Part shown: piece after piece, positions 11,052-21,697 of the stretch
Position numbering within the stretch: the first letter of the stretch is position 1
Layout: each line of letters begins with the position of its first letter
Assembly (NCBI GenBank): GCA_963778655.1
Contig: CAVZVA010000010.1
Span: 544,001 to 608,000, forward strand
DNA from: an uncultured delta proteobacterium
Lineage (GTDB): Bacteria; Myxococcota_A; Polyangia; Polyangiales; JAFGIB01
Reading direction: 5' to 3'
DNA length: 64,000 nucleotides
The notes under the pieces: model-generated
Told to the model about the DNA's origin: nothing
What the model saw: only the letters and a program-made list of their open reading frames with translations
Database searches by the model: none
Program-made: the position numbers and the translations under genes

Positions 11052-11212
11052 TCGCAGCTGGGCCCGGGGACACGCGCAGGGGGGCACGCGGCCATGGGCA
11101 AGATCCTGCCTACGCAATGATCGGGGAGCCCGCGCACAATCGTGGTGTGCGCGGTGATCGAAGCGGCCTGTGCGACTGGACTCGGAGGCACCCTCGGAGC
11201 GAGGCTCCGGAC

Positions 11213-12355
11213 ATGGGGCGAAGCAGCGCACGCACGCATCGCGGCCTCGTCATCGCCGGCCTGGCGCTGGTGGCGGCGTGCTCGCAACACCGATCAGGTA
11301 CCGGTAGCCAGGGCAGCAGCCCGGGCGCAACCCAGGCCAGCGGCGGCGAAACCGGCGGCAGCGGAGCGACAGCGAGCGCGGGCAGCAGCGCGGACGCGGG
11401 CGGCGCGGACGCGGACGCAACCGGCGGCATGGGCGCGGGCAGCGGCAACGCAGGCACGGGCGGCGCGACTGCAGGCGCGGGCGGCACGGGCACGGGCGGC
11501 ATAAGCGGCAGCGCGGGCGCCGGCAGCGCGGGCGCCGGCAGCGGTGGCGGTGGCGGTGGCGGTGGCGGCGGCATGAGCGGCAGCGCGGGCGCCGGGGCAC
11601 CTGCACAGAATGCGCTGCCGAGCGCCGGCTGCGGCGCGGCGAGCCCACCCGACAGCGGCCGCTTCATGCTCGAGGTGTCGGGCACCACGCGCGAGTACAT
11701 CTTGAAGCTGCCCGCCGGCTACGATCCCAGCACGCCGTATCCTCTGATCTTCGCCTGGCACGGGGGCAGGTACAACGCGGACTGGGTCGCCAACGGCGAT
11801 CCGCCGCAGACCGGCCCCTACTTCGGGATCGAAAGCGAGGCAGCCGGCCGCGCCATCTTCGTGGCTCCGCAGGCCTTGTCCTCGAGCTGGACCAACCAGA
11901 ACGGCCGCGACATCGCCTTCGCCGACGCCATGCGGACGCAGCTCGAAAGCGTGCTGTGCATCGACCAGGGACGCATCTTCTCGGTCGGCTTCAGCATGGG
12001 AGCCCTGATGACGATCGCGATCGGCTGCGAGGAAGGCGACCTGTTCCGCGCGATCGCGCCGATGTCGGGCTCGCTGGCCGACGGCTGCCCGGCCAAGGAC
12101 CAGCCCATCGCCTACTGGGGCTCGCACGGCAACAACGACACCACGATCGCACCCGCGGACGGCCAGGCCGCGCGCGACGAGTTCCTCAAGCGCAACCACT
12201 GCGGCACCGGCACGGTACCGATCGGCAGCAACGGCTGTCTCAGCTACCAGGGCTGCGACCCCGGCTACCCCGTCACGTGGTGCCCCTTCGACGGCGTGCA
12301 CGAGCCACCCAAGTTCGCCGGCCCCGAGATCTGGAGCTTCCTCTCGCAGCTGTGA
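11213..12355 (+). CDS. Lipoprotein with Gly-rich linker and CE1/PHB-depolymerase-like esterase domain
   Basis: LVAAC lipobox, Gly/Ala tract, PLIFAWHG, GFSMG nucleophile, HGNND, terminal His. Confidence 0.8.
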   Translation: MGRSSARTHRGLVIAGLALVAACSQHRSGTGSQGSSPGATQASGGETGGSGATASAGSSADAGGADADATGGMGAGSGNAGTGGATAGAGGTGTGGISGSAGAGSAGAGSGGGGGGGGGGMSGSAGAGAPAQNALPSAGCGAASPPDSGRFMLEVSGTTREYILKLPAGYDPSTPYPLIFAWHGGRYNADWVANGDPPQTGPYFGIESEAAGRAIFVAPQALSSSWTNQNGRDIAFADAMRTQLESVLCIDQGRIFSVGFSMGALMTIAIGCEEGDLFRAIAPMSGSLADGCPAKDQPIAYWGSHGNNDTTIAPADGQAARDEFLKRNHCGTGTVPIGSNGCLSYQGCDPGYPVTWCPFDGVHEPPKFAGPEIWSFLSQL

Positions 12356-12471
12356 AGCACGCGCAGGAGCGCGGCGCCGGTCAGCTGCGGTCCGCGCGTT
12401 CGAGCGCCTCGACGTCCGCGAGGTCTCGCGCTCTGACGCGGCCCACGGGCTCGCCGGCGCAGACGCGCTCC

Positions 12472-13398
12472 TCACACATGTCCGTCCGCCGCAAGCCTGC
12501 ACGGTGCCGGGGCGTCGGGGGGCTCGACTTGCAGCGTGGGGTGGGCGATGTGGAAGCGTTCGTGGAGCTCGTGGCAGACGTCACCGAGGAACGCGGGGCG
12601 GCAGGAGTCGCCGGCCATGATCAGATGGGCGGTGAGCGCGGTCTCGGTGGTGCTCACCGCCCAGATGTGTAGGTCGTGGACCTCGAGCACGCCGGGTAAC
12701 CCGCACAGGAAAGCCTTGACCTCGGTCGAGTCGATGCCCGCGGGCACGGCGGCGAGCACCAGGTCGAGCGATTCCTTGAGCAGCGACCAGGTGCTCGCCA
12801 GGATCGTGAGCGAGAGCAGGATACTCGCCACGGCATCCAGCCAGTAGAGCCCGGTCGCCAGCACGATCGCGCCCACCACCGCCACGCCCAGCGAGAGTGC
12901 GGCGTCCGAGGCCATGTGCAGGAACGCGCTGCGCACGTTCAGATCACGCTTGCGATCGCGCAGGAACAGCACCGACGACAGCGTGTTGACCACCACGCCG
13001 ACCAGCGCGACCACGATCACGGTCTTGCCGGCGACCGCCTCGGGCGCGAGCAGCCTGCGCACCGACTCCCAGGCGATGCCGCCGGTCACGAACAGCAGCA
13101 GCAGCGCGTTCGCCAGCGAGGCGATAATGGTGGTGTTGTGAAAACCGTAGGTGCGGCGCGCGGTGGGCCGCCGGCCCGCGAGCACGGCCGCGCCCCAGGA
13201 CAGACCCAACGCCAGCACGTCGCCCAGGTTGTGACCGGCGTCGGCCACCAGCGCCATCGAGCGCGAGAGCAAGCCGTAGACCGTTTCCACGGCGATGAAC
13301 GCGACGTTGAGCGCGATGGCGATGGCGAACGCGCGGCCAGCCGTGGTGCGCGGGTGGGCGCCGGTGTGCGAGTGAGCGTGCGCGTGATCGTGAGCCAT
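12472..13398 (-). CDS. Cation diffusion facilitator (CzcD-like) transporter
   Basis: His-rich N-terminus, ADAGHNLGD, AFLHMASD and HDLHIW motifs. Confidence 0.92.
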   Translation of the reverse strand: MAHDHAHAHSHTGAHPRTTAGRAFAIAIALNVAFIAVETVYGLLSRSMALVADAGHNLGDVLALGLSWGAAVLAGRRPTARRTYGFHNTTIIASLANALLLLFVTGGIAWESVRRLLAPEAVAGKTVIVVALVGVVVNTLSSVLFLRDRKRDLNVRSAFLHMASDAALSLGVAVVGAIVLATGLYWLDAVASILLSLTILASTWSLLKESLDLVLAAVPAGIDSTEVKAFLCGLPGVLEVHDLHIWAVSTTETALTAHLIMAGDSCRPAFLGDVCHELHERFHIAHPTLQVEPPDAPAPCRLAADGHV

Positions 13399-13665
13399 CA
13401 GCCCCTGTCCATGATCTACGAGCCGCGGGCCGAAGCGCAAACCCCCCACGGAAAACAGCGGGCTCGGGGGTGTGCGCGGCGCGCAGCAGCAGGCTCTGTG
13501 CCCGTCCAAACTCTGGCCCCCGGGGCTATAGTCGCCGCATGCCGGCCTCGCGCACCCGTGCGTCTCGCAGCGCCTCGTGTTCGGGCTGGAGGAAGCGCGC
13601 TTCACGCAGAGCGCCACCAAATGGCCGTTCCGGGGCTGAGCGCGTGCGGGCGGCGCGCGAGCGGC

Positions 13666-14035
13666 TCAGCGCACACCCTGCGCCCGCAGCAGCAGCAGCG
13701 GCCGTACCTCGAACGCGCCCGCGGAGCTGCTGGCGCGAGCCAGAATCCTTGGCGGTCTCGATCGCCTGCTCGAGCGAGCCGCAGTCGACGATGAAAAAGC
13801 CGAGCAGCTGCTCCTTGGTCTCGGCAAAGGGTCCGTCGAGCACGATCGGCTCCTTGCCCTTGCGGATGGTGGTCGCCGTGGTGGTGGGCATCAGGCGCGC
13901 GACCGGGCCGAGCCGCCCCTGCTCGGCCAGCTTCTTCTCGACCACGCCGAGCTTGGCAATCGCGGCGTCGTCCTGCTCCTTGGTCCAAGCGCTGACGACC
14001 TCTTCGGAGTCGTAGCAAAGAATCGCGTAGTGCAT
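13666..14035 (-). pseudogene. YciI/DGPF family protein with a +1 frameshift near 13745
   Basis: DGPFAETKEQLLGFF motif; the expected tail LARASSSAGAFEVRP lies in the next frame. Confidence 0.75.
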
Positions 14036-14336
14036 GCGCGGGCATCTCCTCGACTGCAATGGGCGCAGTATGCCGGCCCGGACGGCGCGGCGAAAGCGCC
14101 GCCGGCTGGCTCAGGCCTGCTCGTGCGCGCGCTTCAAGCCCGCGATGTCGAGCTTGCGCATCCCCAGCATCGCCCGGCCGTTTCGATGACACGACGCATG
14201 GAGCGCCGCATTGCCGACAGCGAGGCCGTCTTTTAGAGTGAGCCCGGGCGATCCGCACGGATCGCCCGAAATTCGTCGCGGGGGTGTCGGATCGCAGCAC
14301 GCGCGTACGTCCTCCGCGCCGAAGGGAGAAAACACC

Positions 14337-15122
14337 ATGGCCGATCGCAAGCAACTACCGGGAAAATTCACCTGGTTCGAGCACATTTCAACGGACGCCA
14401 AGAAGGCGCAAGCCTTCTATGGGGAGGTGCTGGGCTGGAAGGTTGCGAGCCTCCCGATGGGCGACTTCACCTATGAAATGATCCAGACGGGCGACGCGCC
14501 CGACACCATGATCGGGGGCTACGCCACGCCCAAAGTCGCGGGCCAGCCGGCGCACTTCATCTCGTACGTCTCGGTGGAGGACGTCGACGCCACCGCGGCG
14601 GCCGTGGTGAAGCACGGCGGCAAGCTGGTGGAGCCGGCGTACGACGTCCCGACCGTCGGCCGGATGGCGCGGGTCGCGGACCCGACCGGGGCCGAGCTCT
14701 CGTTGTTCAAGAACACCCAGGGCGATCCGCCGGATGTGCAGGTCACCCCCTCGGGCGGCTGGCTGTGGAACGAGCTGCACAGCAGCGACGTGCCCAAAGC
14801 GCTGCGGTTCTACGAAAAGGTGCTGGGCTACACGGCGCGCGCGATGGACACGGGCGGCGGCGAGATCTACCACTTACTGGCGCGGGGCGGCGTCGACCGC
14901 GGCGGCGTGACCGGCCACGTGCCGCCCGGGGTGCCCTCGCACTGGCTGCCCTACGTGGCGGTCGGCGACGTCGATGCCACGATTGCGCGCGCCAAGCGCA
15001 TGGGCGGGTCGATTCAAATGGCAGGCACCGACATCCCGAACATCGGGCGCTTCGGCGTCCTGCAAGACCCGACCGGCGCTGCGCTCGCCGTCATGAAGCC
15101 GCTGCCCGGGACGCAGAGCTAG
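14337..15122 (+). CDS. VOC/glyoxalase family protein (two domains)
   Basis: GKFTWFE...FYGEVLGW and WLWNEL...FYEKVLGY repeats, DPTGA motifs; GGAG RBS. Confidence 0.9.
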   Translation: MADRKQLPGKFTWFEHISTDAKKAQAFYGEVLGWKVASLPMGDFTYEMIQTGDAPDTMIGGYATPKVAGQPAHFISYVSVEDVDATAAAVVKHGGKLVEPAYDVPTVGRMARVADPTGAELSLFKNTQGDPPDVQVTPSGGWLWNELHSSDVPKALRFYEKVLGYTARAMDTGGGEIYHLLARGGVDRGGVTGHVPPGVPSHWLPYVAVGDVDATIARAKRMGGSIQMAGTDIPNIGRFGVLQDPTGAALAVMKPLPGTQS

Positions 15123-15265
15123 ATGACCGCTCACGATTCGGGAACGGCCATGCCGATCGGTCATGCAGCGGTGCGGCGGATGCCGCACCACCGCCAGAGG
15201 GTGAATGCGCGAGGCTTTGCCTCGCGCACAGGGAGTCGGCGCGACTCCGCGACAATCAAAGGAGA

Positions 15266-15308
15266 AATCAGAGTTTGTGATTCGATCCCGAATCGCGAGA
15301 CTCTGATT
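15266..15308. repeat. Palindromic REP-like element; partial inverted copy at 57148-57180
   Basis: aatcagagtttgtgattcg-atcc-cgaatcgcgagactctgatt hairpin; ~33 bp near-identical reverse complement at 57148. Confidence 0.5.
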
Positions 15309-15322
15309 TAGCGAGCAAGCCG

Positions 15323-16588
15323 GTGAGCGACGTGCTCGACGGCGCGTGGCTCGACACCACGCTGCGCGCAGCGCGCCCGCGCACGATGGGGGCGCTGCTG
15401 CGCTACTTCGGCAACCTCGACGCCGCGGAGGAAGCCTTCCAGGAAGCCTGCCTCAAGGCGCTCGAGCGCTGGCCGCAGCAGGGGCCGCCGCGCGATCCGG
15501 CGGCGTGGCTGATCCTGGTCGGGCGCAACAGCGGCATCGACGCGGTGCGGCGCAAGCGCAAGCAGCGCGAGCTGCCGCGCGAGGAGCAGCTCTCGGACAC
15601 GGACGACGCCGAACCCCGGCTGGCCGAGCAGCTCGACGACGCGCATTACCGCGACGACATCCTGCGGCTGCTGTTCGTGTGCTGCCACCCCGAGCTGCCC
15701 GCCACCCAGCAGCTCGCGCTCGCGCTGCGCCTGGTGTGCGGGCTGACGGTCCCGCAGATCGCGCGGGCGTTCCTGGTGCGCGAGGTGGCGATGGAACAGC
15801 GCATCACGCGCGCCAAGGGCCGCGTGGCGGCCGAGCAGCTGCGCTTCGAGACACCGGACGCGGCGCAGCGCGCGGAGCGACTGGCGGCAGTGGCGACCGT
15901 GATCTACGTGATGTTCAACGAGGGCTACTCCGCAACCGGTGCCGAGGTGCCGCTCAAGGCCCAGCTGTGCGAGGAGGCGATCCGGCTCGCGCGCCTGCTG
16001 CTGCGGCTGTTTCCGGGCCCACCCGGGCTGATGGGGCTGCTCTCGCTGATGCTGCTGCAGCACGCGCGCGCGCCGGCGCGGCTCGACGCGGACGGCCATG
16101 TCGTGCTGCTGCAGGACCAGGACCGCACGCGCTGGGACGCGGAGCTGATCGCCGAAGGGCTCGCGCTGCTCGACAAGGCGCTGCGCCACGGGCAGCCCGA
16201 TCCCTACCAGCTGCAGGCGGCGATCGCCGCGCTGCACGCGCGCGCCACGCGGCCCGAGGACACCGACTGGGCCGGGATCGAGCGGCTGTACGCCGCGCTC
16301 GAGCGGCTGCAGCCCTCACCCGTGATCACGCTCAACCGCGCGGTGGCGGTCTCCAAGCTGCGCGGCCCGGCCGAGGCGCTCGCGCTGATCGAGCCGCTGG
16401 ACGCGCAGCTCGGCAACTACTTCTATTTCTTCGGGCTCAAGGGCGCGCTGCTGCTGCAGCTGCAACGGCCGGACCAAGCCCGGGCCGCGTTCGACCGCGC
16501 AATCGCGCTGGCCAACACCACCGCCGAAGCGGAGCACATCCGCATGCAGCTCGACCGCCTGATGAAGGACGCAGAGCGGGGCACGTAA
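15323..16588 (+). CDS. ECF sigma factor with C-terminal TPR extension (ECF42-like)
   Basis: AEEAFQEA, LRLLFVCCHP, FNEGY, QDRTRWD and YQLQAAIAA motifs; YciI neighbour. Confidence 0.9.
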   Translation: MSDVLDGAWLDTTLRAARPRTMGALLRYFGNLDAAEEAFQEACLKALERWPQQGPPRDPAAWLILVGRNSGIDAVRRKRKQRELPREEQLSDTDDAEPRLAEQLDDAHYRDDILRLLFVCCHPELPATQQLALALRLVCGLTVPQIARAFLVREVAMEQRITRAKGRVAAEQLRFETPDAAQRAERLAAVATVIYVMFNEGYSATGAEVPLKAQLCEEAIRLARLLLRLFPGPPGLMGLLSLMLLQHARAPARLDADGHVVLLQDQDRTRWDAELIAEGLALLDKALRHGQPDPYQLQAAIAALHARATRPEDTDWAGIERLYAALERLQPSPVITLNRAVAVSKLRGPAEALALIEPLDAQLGNYFYFFGLKGALLLQLQRPDQARAAFDRAIALANTTAEAEHIRMQLDRLMKDAERGT

Positions 16589-16614
16589 CCCCGGGAAGCG
16601 CGGCCGGGCCAGCT

Positions 16615-16628
16615 TGACTAGCCAGTCA
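16615..16628. promoter_or_regulatory. Probable TetR operator
   Basis: TGACTagccAGTCA palindrome directly upstream of the tetR-RND operon, overlapping a TTGACT -35. Confidence 0.55.
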
Positions 16629-16641
16629 TGAACCGCTATTC

Positions 16642-17370
16642 ATGACCCAGGAGTCACGTCCGACCATGGCCCGGCGCGCACCCCCGAGCACCAAGCACGA
16701 CCTACTGCAGGCGGCCGGAGCCTGCTTCGCCGAGCACGGGCTCGAGGCGACCAAGGTCGAGGACATCACCGGACGCGCCGGCATCGCCAAGGGCGCCTTC
16801 TACTCGTACTTCGCGAGCAAAGAGGCGTGCTGGAAGCAGATCGTCGAGGCCTTCGTCGCGAGGCTGGAACAGGCGGTGCAGCCGCCGCAGCCGCTGCTCG
16901 ACGCGTCGCTGCCGCTGGCCGAACGCTTCGAGCGCTGGCTCGCGCACGACCGCTCGGTGCTCGCGTTCTGCTGGCGCGAGCGCACGCTGCTCGGCATGTT
17001 GATGAACGGCGCGGGCGGCGCCGCCTACGCGCACCTGCTCGACGAGTTCGCCGCGCGCGCAGCCAAGAACGCCGAGACCCACATCCGCGCCCTGGTGGCC
17101 GAGGGCGTGTACCGCGACGACATCGACCCGGCGCTGGTGGCCTCGCTGCTGGGGGGCGCTTACGACCGGCTGGTGCGCGGTATGCTGAAGGGCCCGGCGC
17201 AACCCGACATCGACGCGCTCGCGCGCCAAACCCAGCACGTGTTCACGCGCGGGTTGTTCACCGACGACGCGCGCGCCATGCTGCAGCGCCCCGCGGCCAA
17301 GGCTGCGCGCGAGGCGAGCCCGGCGCGCGCACCGCTGCTGCGCGCCGCTGCGACCAGGAGGAGCAAGTGA
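16642..17370 (+). CDS. TetR/AcrR family regulator
   Basis: FAEHGLEATKVEDITGRAGIAKGAFYSYFASKE HTH. Confidence 0.92.
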   Translation: MTQESRPTMARRAPPSTKHDLLQAAGACFAEHGLEATKVEDITGRAGIAKGAFYSYFASKEACWKQIVEAFVARLEQAVQPPQPLLDASLPLAERFERWLAHDRSVLAFCWRERTLLGMLMNGAGGAAYAHLLDEFAARAAKNAETHIRALVAEGVYRDDIDPALVASLLGGAYDRLVRGMLKGPAQPDIDALARQTQHVFTRGLFTDDARAMLQRPAAKAAREASPARAPLLRAAATRRSK

Positions 17371-18521
17371 GCACGACCGATACGCAACCGCGCAGGCGCC
17401 TGCGCCCCGGGCTGTTGCTCGCCGTCGCCAGCACGGTCGGGCTGCTGCTGCTGGTCGGCGCCCGCTATAAAGAGGCCGTGGCCGAGCGCGCGGCGTTTGC
17501 CGCCAGCGCGCCCGCCGCCAAACGCGCCCCCAGCAGCGGTGCCGCCGCGCTCGCAACGGCGCACGGCCAAGAGGCGCGCTGGCAGCCGCGCGTCGAGCTC
17601 ACCGGCACGCTCTCGCCACTTCACGAATCGAGCGTGGGCTTCAAGGTGACCGGCCGCCTGGCCGCAGTGCTGGCAAAGGTCGGCGACCGCGTCAAGGCCG
17701 GGCAGCGCCTGGCGAGGCTTGACCCGGCCGAGGCCAAGGCTCAGCTCGCGGCGGCCAACGCACAGGTGCACGCGGCCGAGGTCGAGCTGGCGATCGCGCG
17801 CGACAACGCGCAACGCTCGCAGGCGTTGCTCGCGCAGGGCGCGATCAGCGAGACCCAGCACCTCGGAGACAGCCAGCGCGCCGAGCTGGCGCAGGCGCGC
17901 CTCGAGCAAGCGCGCGCCCAGACCCAAACCGCCTCGACCGCGCTGCACAACACCGAGTTGCTGGCACCCTTCGCCGGCCTCGTCACTCAGGCGCCGAGCG
18001 CGCCCGGCGCGATCGTCACCCCTGCGAGCCCGTTGTTCCGGCTCGAGGACACCTCCTCGCTGCGGCTCGAGGCCAGCGTCTCGGCCGATGAGGCCGCGCT
18101 GCTGCGGGTGGGCCAGCCGGTGCAGCTGGAAAGCGGGCGCAGCGGGCACATCACCGCGTTGCTGCCCTCGGTCGACCAGAAGACGCGCCGCGTACCGCTG
18201 CTGGCGCAGATCGACAACCGCGGCCCGGACCCGTTGCTGGCCGGAGTGCTGGTGCGCGCGCACGTGATCGCGGGCGAGCCGCGCTCGGTGCTGCGCCTGC
18301 CCGCGAGCGCGCTGCGACCGGGCTCGCAGGACGAGGTGGTGCTCGCCCGGGGCGGCAAGGCGCAGCTGCAACACGTGGTATTCGCGCGCGCCGCCGACGG
18401 CTCGCTGCTGGTGCGCGCGGGGCTCTCGGCGGGCGACCAAGTGTTGCTCGCGCCGAGCGCGGAAGTGCACGACGGCGACGCGCTTGGCTCTGCGAGCGCG
18501 GGAGCACCTCCGCCGCGCTGA
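17367..18521 (+). CDS. RND efflux periplasmic adaptor (MFP)
   Basis: VGDRVKAGQRLA lipoyl motif, coiled coil, APFAG; GTGA overlap with tetR. Confidence 0.88.
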   Translation: MSTTDTQPRRRLRPGLLLAVASTVGLLLLVGARYKEAVAERAAFAASAPAAKRAPSSGAAALATAHGQEARWQPRVELTGTLSPLHESSVGFKVTGRLAAVLAKVGDRVKAGQRLARLDPAEAKAQLAAANAQVHAAEVELAIARDNAQRSQALLAQGAISETQHLGDSQRAELAQARLEQARAQTQTASTALHNTELLAPFAGLVTQAPSAPGAIVTPASPLFRLEDTSSLRLEASVSADEAALLRVGQPVQLESGRSGHITALLPSVDQKTRRVPLLAQIDNRGPDPLLAGVLVRAHVIAGEPRSVLRLPASALRPGSQDEVVLARGGKAQLQHVVFARAADGSLLVRAGLSAGDQVLLAPSAEVHDGDALGSASAGAPPPR

Positions 18522-18545
18522 GCCCTCCCGGTCACGGAGCACTCC

Positions 18546-21500
18546 ATGAATCTCTCTGCCATCGCCGTGCGCCGGCCCGTGTTCACCGTGATGGTGACGC
18601 TCGCCCTGGTGGTGCTGGGGCTGAGCGGGCTCGCTCGCCTCGGAACCGATCTGTTCCCCGACGTGTCGATCCCGGTGGTCTCGGTGACCATCGCCTACCC
18701 GGGCGCCGCCCCGGGCGAGGTCGAAAGCCTGGTGACCAAGCCGGTCGAGGACCAGGTGGTCTCGCTCAACGGCATCGACCGCGTGCAGAGCACCTCGCGT
18801 GAGGGCGTCTCCACCGTGGCGGTGATCTTCAAGCTGGGCGTCGACGTGCAGGAGGCGGCGACCGAGGTGCGCGAGCGCATCGCGCAGGTGCGTCCGCTGC
18901 TGCCGCCCGAGGTCAAGGAGCCGGCGGTCAGCCGCATCGACGCGGGCGCGATTCCGGTGGTGGTCTACTCGCTGCACGGCAACCGGCCGCTGTACGAGCT
19001 GCGCAAGTTCGCCGACGACGCGGTGCGACCCGCGCTCGAGCAGGTCGACGGCGTGGCGCAGGTGGAAGTCTACGGCGGCTCCGAGCGCGAGGTGCACGTC
19101 GACCTGGACCAGGCCAAGCTCGACGCGCTCGGCATCACGCCGGGCGCCATCACCGCAGCGCTCAAGGCCGGCGGCGTGACCGTGCCGGCCGGACGCCTGA
19201 CCCAGGGCAAGAACGAGGTCAGCGTGCGCACGGTGGGCGAGCTGCAGTCGGTCGACGCGGTGCGCGAGCTGGTGATCGCCAGCGCCGCCGACGGCTCGCC
19301 GGTGCGGCTGCGCGACGTGGCTCGGGTCGAAGACGGCTTCGCCGAGGTGCGCACGCGCATGTCGCTCAACGGCGAGGAGGCGGTCACCTTCGAGGTCGTC
19401 AAGCAGTCGGGCCGCAACACGGTGGCGGTAGCCGACGGGGTACGCGCGCGCATCGCCAAGGCCGAGCGCGACTGGCCCAAGGACATCCGACCGACCCTGC
19501 TCCTCGACCAGAGCCAGTACATCCGCGAGAACGCGCGCGAGGTCGAGATCTCGATCTTCTACGGCGGCGCGATGGCGATCCTGATCATCCTGGTGTTCAT
19601 GCTGGACGTGCGCTCCACGGTGATCAGCGCGCTGGCGCTGCCCACCAGCGTGATCGCCACCTTCTTCTTGATGTACGTGCTGGGCTTCACGCTCAACAAC
19701 ATGACGCTGATGGCGCTCTCGCTGGCGATCGGGCTGCTGATCGACGACGCGGTGGTGGTGCGCGAGAACATCTTCAAACACCTCGAGCGCGGCGAGCCGC
19801 CGATGCAGGCCGCGCTCAACGGCACCAAGGAGATCGCGCTGGCGGTGCTCGCCACCACCATGACGATCGTCGCGGTGTTCGTGCCGGTGGCGTTCATGGA
19901 AGGCATGATCGGGCAGTTCTTCAAGCAGTTCGGCCTGACCGTGACCGCGGCGGTGCTGGTCTCGTTGTTCGTGGCCTTCACCCTCGACCCCATGCTGTCC
20001 TCGCGCTTCTCCAAGACGGTGCGGCACGGCGAGCACGAGAGGTTCACCCGGCTCAAGCGGCCCTTCCTGCGCTTCTTCGCTGGGCTCGACGCCAGCTACC
20101 GCGAGCTGCTCGGCTGGTCGGTGCGGCACAAGGCACTGGTGGCGCTGGCCGCGGTGCTCTCGCTTCTGGGCATGGGGCGCGTGATGAAGGTGATGGGCGC
20201 GGACTTCGTGCCGCCCCAGGACCGCAGCCAGTTCAACCTCGACATCGAGCTGCCGGCCGGCACCTCTCTCGCGGAGAGCGCGCGTCAAAGCGCGAAAGCC
20301 AGCGCGGAGCTGCTGCGCGACCCACTGATCACGACGCTGCTGGCCACGGTCGGCCCGGGCGGCGACGCCAACAAGATCAGCTGGCGCGTGATGACGGTGC
20401 CCAAGGAGGAGCGCAGCACCCCGATCGCCACCATCCAGGACCACGCGCGTGCGATCGCCTCGGCGCTGCCCGGCGCGAAGGTGGCAGTGACCGACGTGCA
20501 GCTGATCGAGGGCGCGGGCTTCCGGGCGCCGATCATGATCAACGTGCGCGGCAAGTCCTACGCCAAGCTCGAGGACCTCGCGCAGCAGGTGGTGACCCAG
20601 CTGCGCGGCATCGTCGGCGTGACCGACGTCGACACCCGCTACACGCCCGGCAAGCCCGAGCTGCACATCGCCATCGACCGCGCGCGTGTCGCCGACCAGG
20701 GGCTGAGCGTGGCGCAAGTGGCCTCGGCGCTGCACACCGCGGTCGAGGGCGACGACAGCGCGCGCCTGCGCCTGGACGGCGACGAGGTGCCGATCCGCGT
20801 GCGCCTGCGCGAGCGCGATCGCGAAAGCGCCGCCGACGTGCTGCGCGTGACGCTGGCCTCACCCAAGGGCACGGTGACGCTGGCCGACGTCGCGCACCTC
20901 GAGCCGGGCACCGGCCCGCAGCTGATCCAGCGCGAGGACCGCATGCGCCAGATCTCGATCTGGGCTGCGCCGCACGGGCGCTCGCTCGGCGACATCGTGG
21001 CGGAGATGAAGCCCAAGCTCGCCGCGATTGACTTCCCACCCGGCTACGCGCTGCGCTACGACGGCCAGGTCAAGCAGATGACCGAGACCAACAGCTCCGC
21101 CGGCGGCGCGCTGCTGCTCGGGGTGATCTTCATCTACATCGTGCTGGCCTCGCAGTTCGAGAGCTTCGTGCACCCGCTCACCATCATGACGACCTTGCCG
21201 CTGGCCCTGGTCGGCGCGGTGCTGGGGCTGTTTCTGACCAAGAACACGATGTCGATGGGCGCGCTGATCGGGATCATCTTGCTGATGGGGCTGGTGACCA
21301 AGAACGCGATCTTACTGGTGGACCGCGCGATCGAACGCGTGCGAGTGCGCGGCGAGCCGCCGCTGCAAGCGATTCTCGAGGCCGGCCCTGAGCGGCTGCG
21401 GCCGATCCTGATGACCAGCGCCGCGATCATCCTCGGCATGCTGCCGACCGCGCTTTCGCACGGCGAGGGCAGCGAATTCCGGGCGCCGATGGCGATCGCG

Positions 21501-21641
21501 GTGATCGGCGGCGTGATCAGCTCCACGCTGCTATCGCTGGTGGTGGTACCTGCGCTCTACCTCGCGATCGAAAACCTCAAGGCGCGCCTGAGCCGCCGCC
21601 GCCCGCACGCCACCAGCAGTGCGCCCGCCGCCGCCGAGTAG
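18546..21641 (+). CDS. RND efflux transporter permease (AcrB family)
   Basis: 1031 aa; RRPV start, GLLIDDAVVVREN, KNAILLVD and RLRPILMT motifs. Confidence 0.95.
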   Translation: MNLSAIAVRRPVFTVMVTLALVVLGLSGLARLGTDLFPDVSIPVVSVTIAYPGAAPGEVESLVTKPVEDQVVSLNGIDRVQSTSREGVSTVAVIFKLGVDVQEAATEVRERIAQVRPLLPPEVKEPAVSRIDAGAIPVVVYSLHGNRPLYELRKFADDAVRPALEQVDGVAQVEVYGGSEREVHVDLDQAKLDALGITPGAITAALKAGGVTVPAGRLTQGKNEVSVRTVGELQSVDAVRELVIASAADGSPVRLRDVARVEDGFAEVRTRMSLNGEEAVTFEVVKQSGRNTVAVADGVRARIAKAERDWPKDIRPTLLLDQSQYIRENAREVEISIFYGGAMAILIILVFMLDVRSTVISALALPTSVIATFFLMYVLGFTLNNMTLMALSLAIGLLIDDAVVVRENIFKHLERGEPPMQAALNGTKEIALAVLATTMTIVAVFVPVAFMEGMIGQFFKQFGLTVTAAVLVSLFVAFTLDPMLSSRFSKTVRHGEHERFTRLKRPFLRFFAGLDASYRELLGWSVRHKALVALAAVLSLLGMGRVMKVMGADFVPPQDRSQFNLDIELPAGTSLAESARQSAKASAELLRDPLITTLLATVGPGGDANKISWRVMTVPKEERSTPIATIQDHARAIASALPGAKVAVTDVQLIEGAGFRAPIMINVRGKSYAKLEDLAQQVVTQLRGIVGVTDVDTRYTPGKPELHIAIDRARVADQGLSVAQVASALHTAVEGDDSARLRLDGDEVPIRVRLRERDRESAADVLRVTLASPKGTVTLADVAHLEPGTGPQLIQREDRMRQISIWAAPHGRSLGDIVAEMKPKLAAIDFPPGYALRYDGQVKQMTETNSSAGGALLLGVIFIYIVLASQFESFVHPLTIMTTLPLALVGAVLGLFLTKNTMSMGALIGIILLMGLVTKNAILLVDRAIERVRVRGEPPLQAILEAGPERLRPILMTSAAIILGMLPTALSHGEGSEFRAPMAIAVIGGVISSTLLSLVVVPALYLAIENLKARLSRRRPHATSSAPAAAE

Positions 21642-21697
21642 GGCAGCGGCAAAGACGAGAAGCGGGAAGACGGGAAGTCGAGATAGGTTCGGAGGGG

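Noticed and set aside
8102..11212. 1417-aa ORF 8102-12355 as one protein
   Set aside because: The first ~1030 codons are an off-frame shadow of the spermidine synthase-like gene; only 11213-12355 looks coding
17160..20735. 1191-aa minus-strand ORF and similar long antisense ORFs
   Set aside because: Antisense shadows of real genes, expected at this GC content
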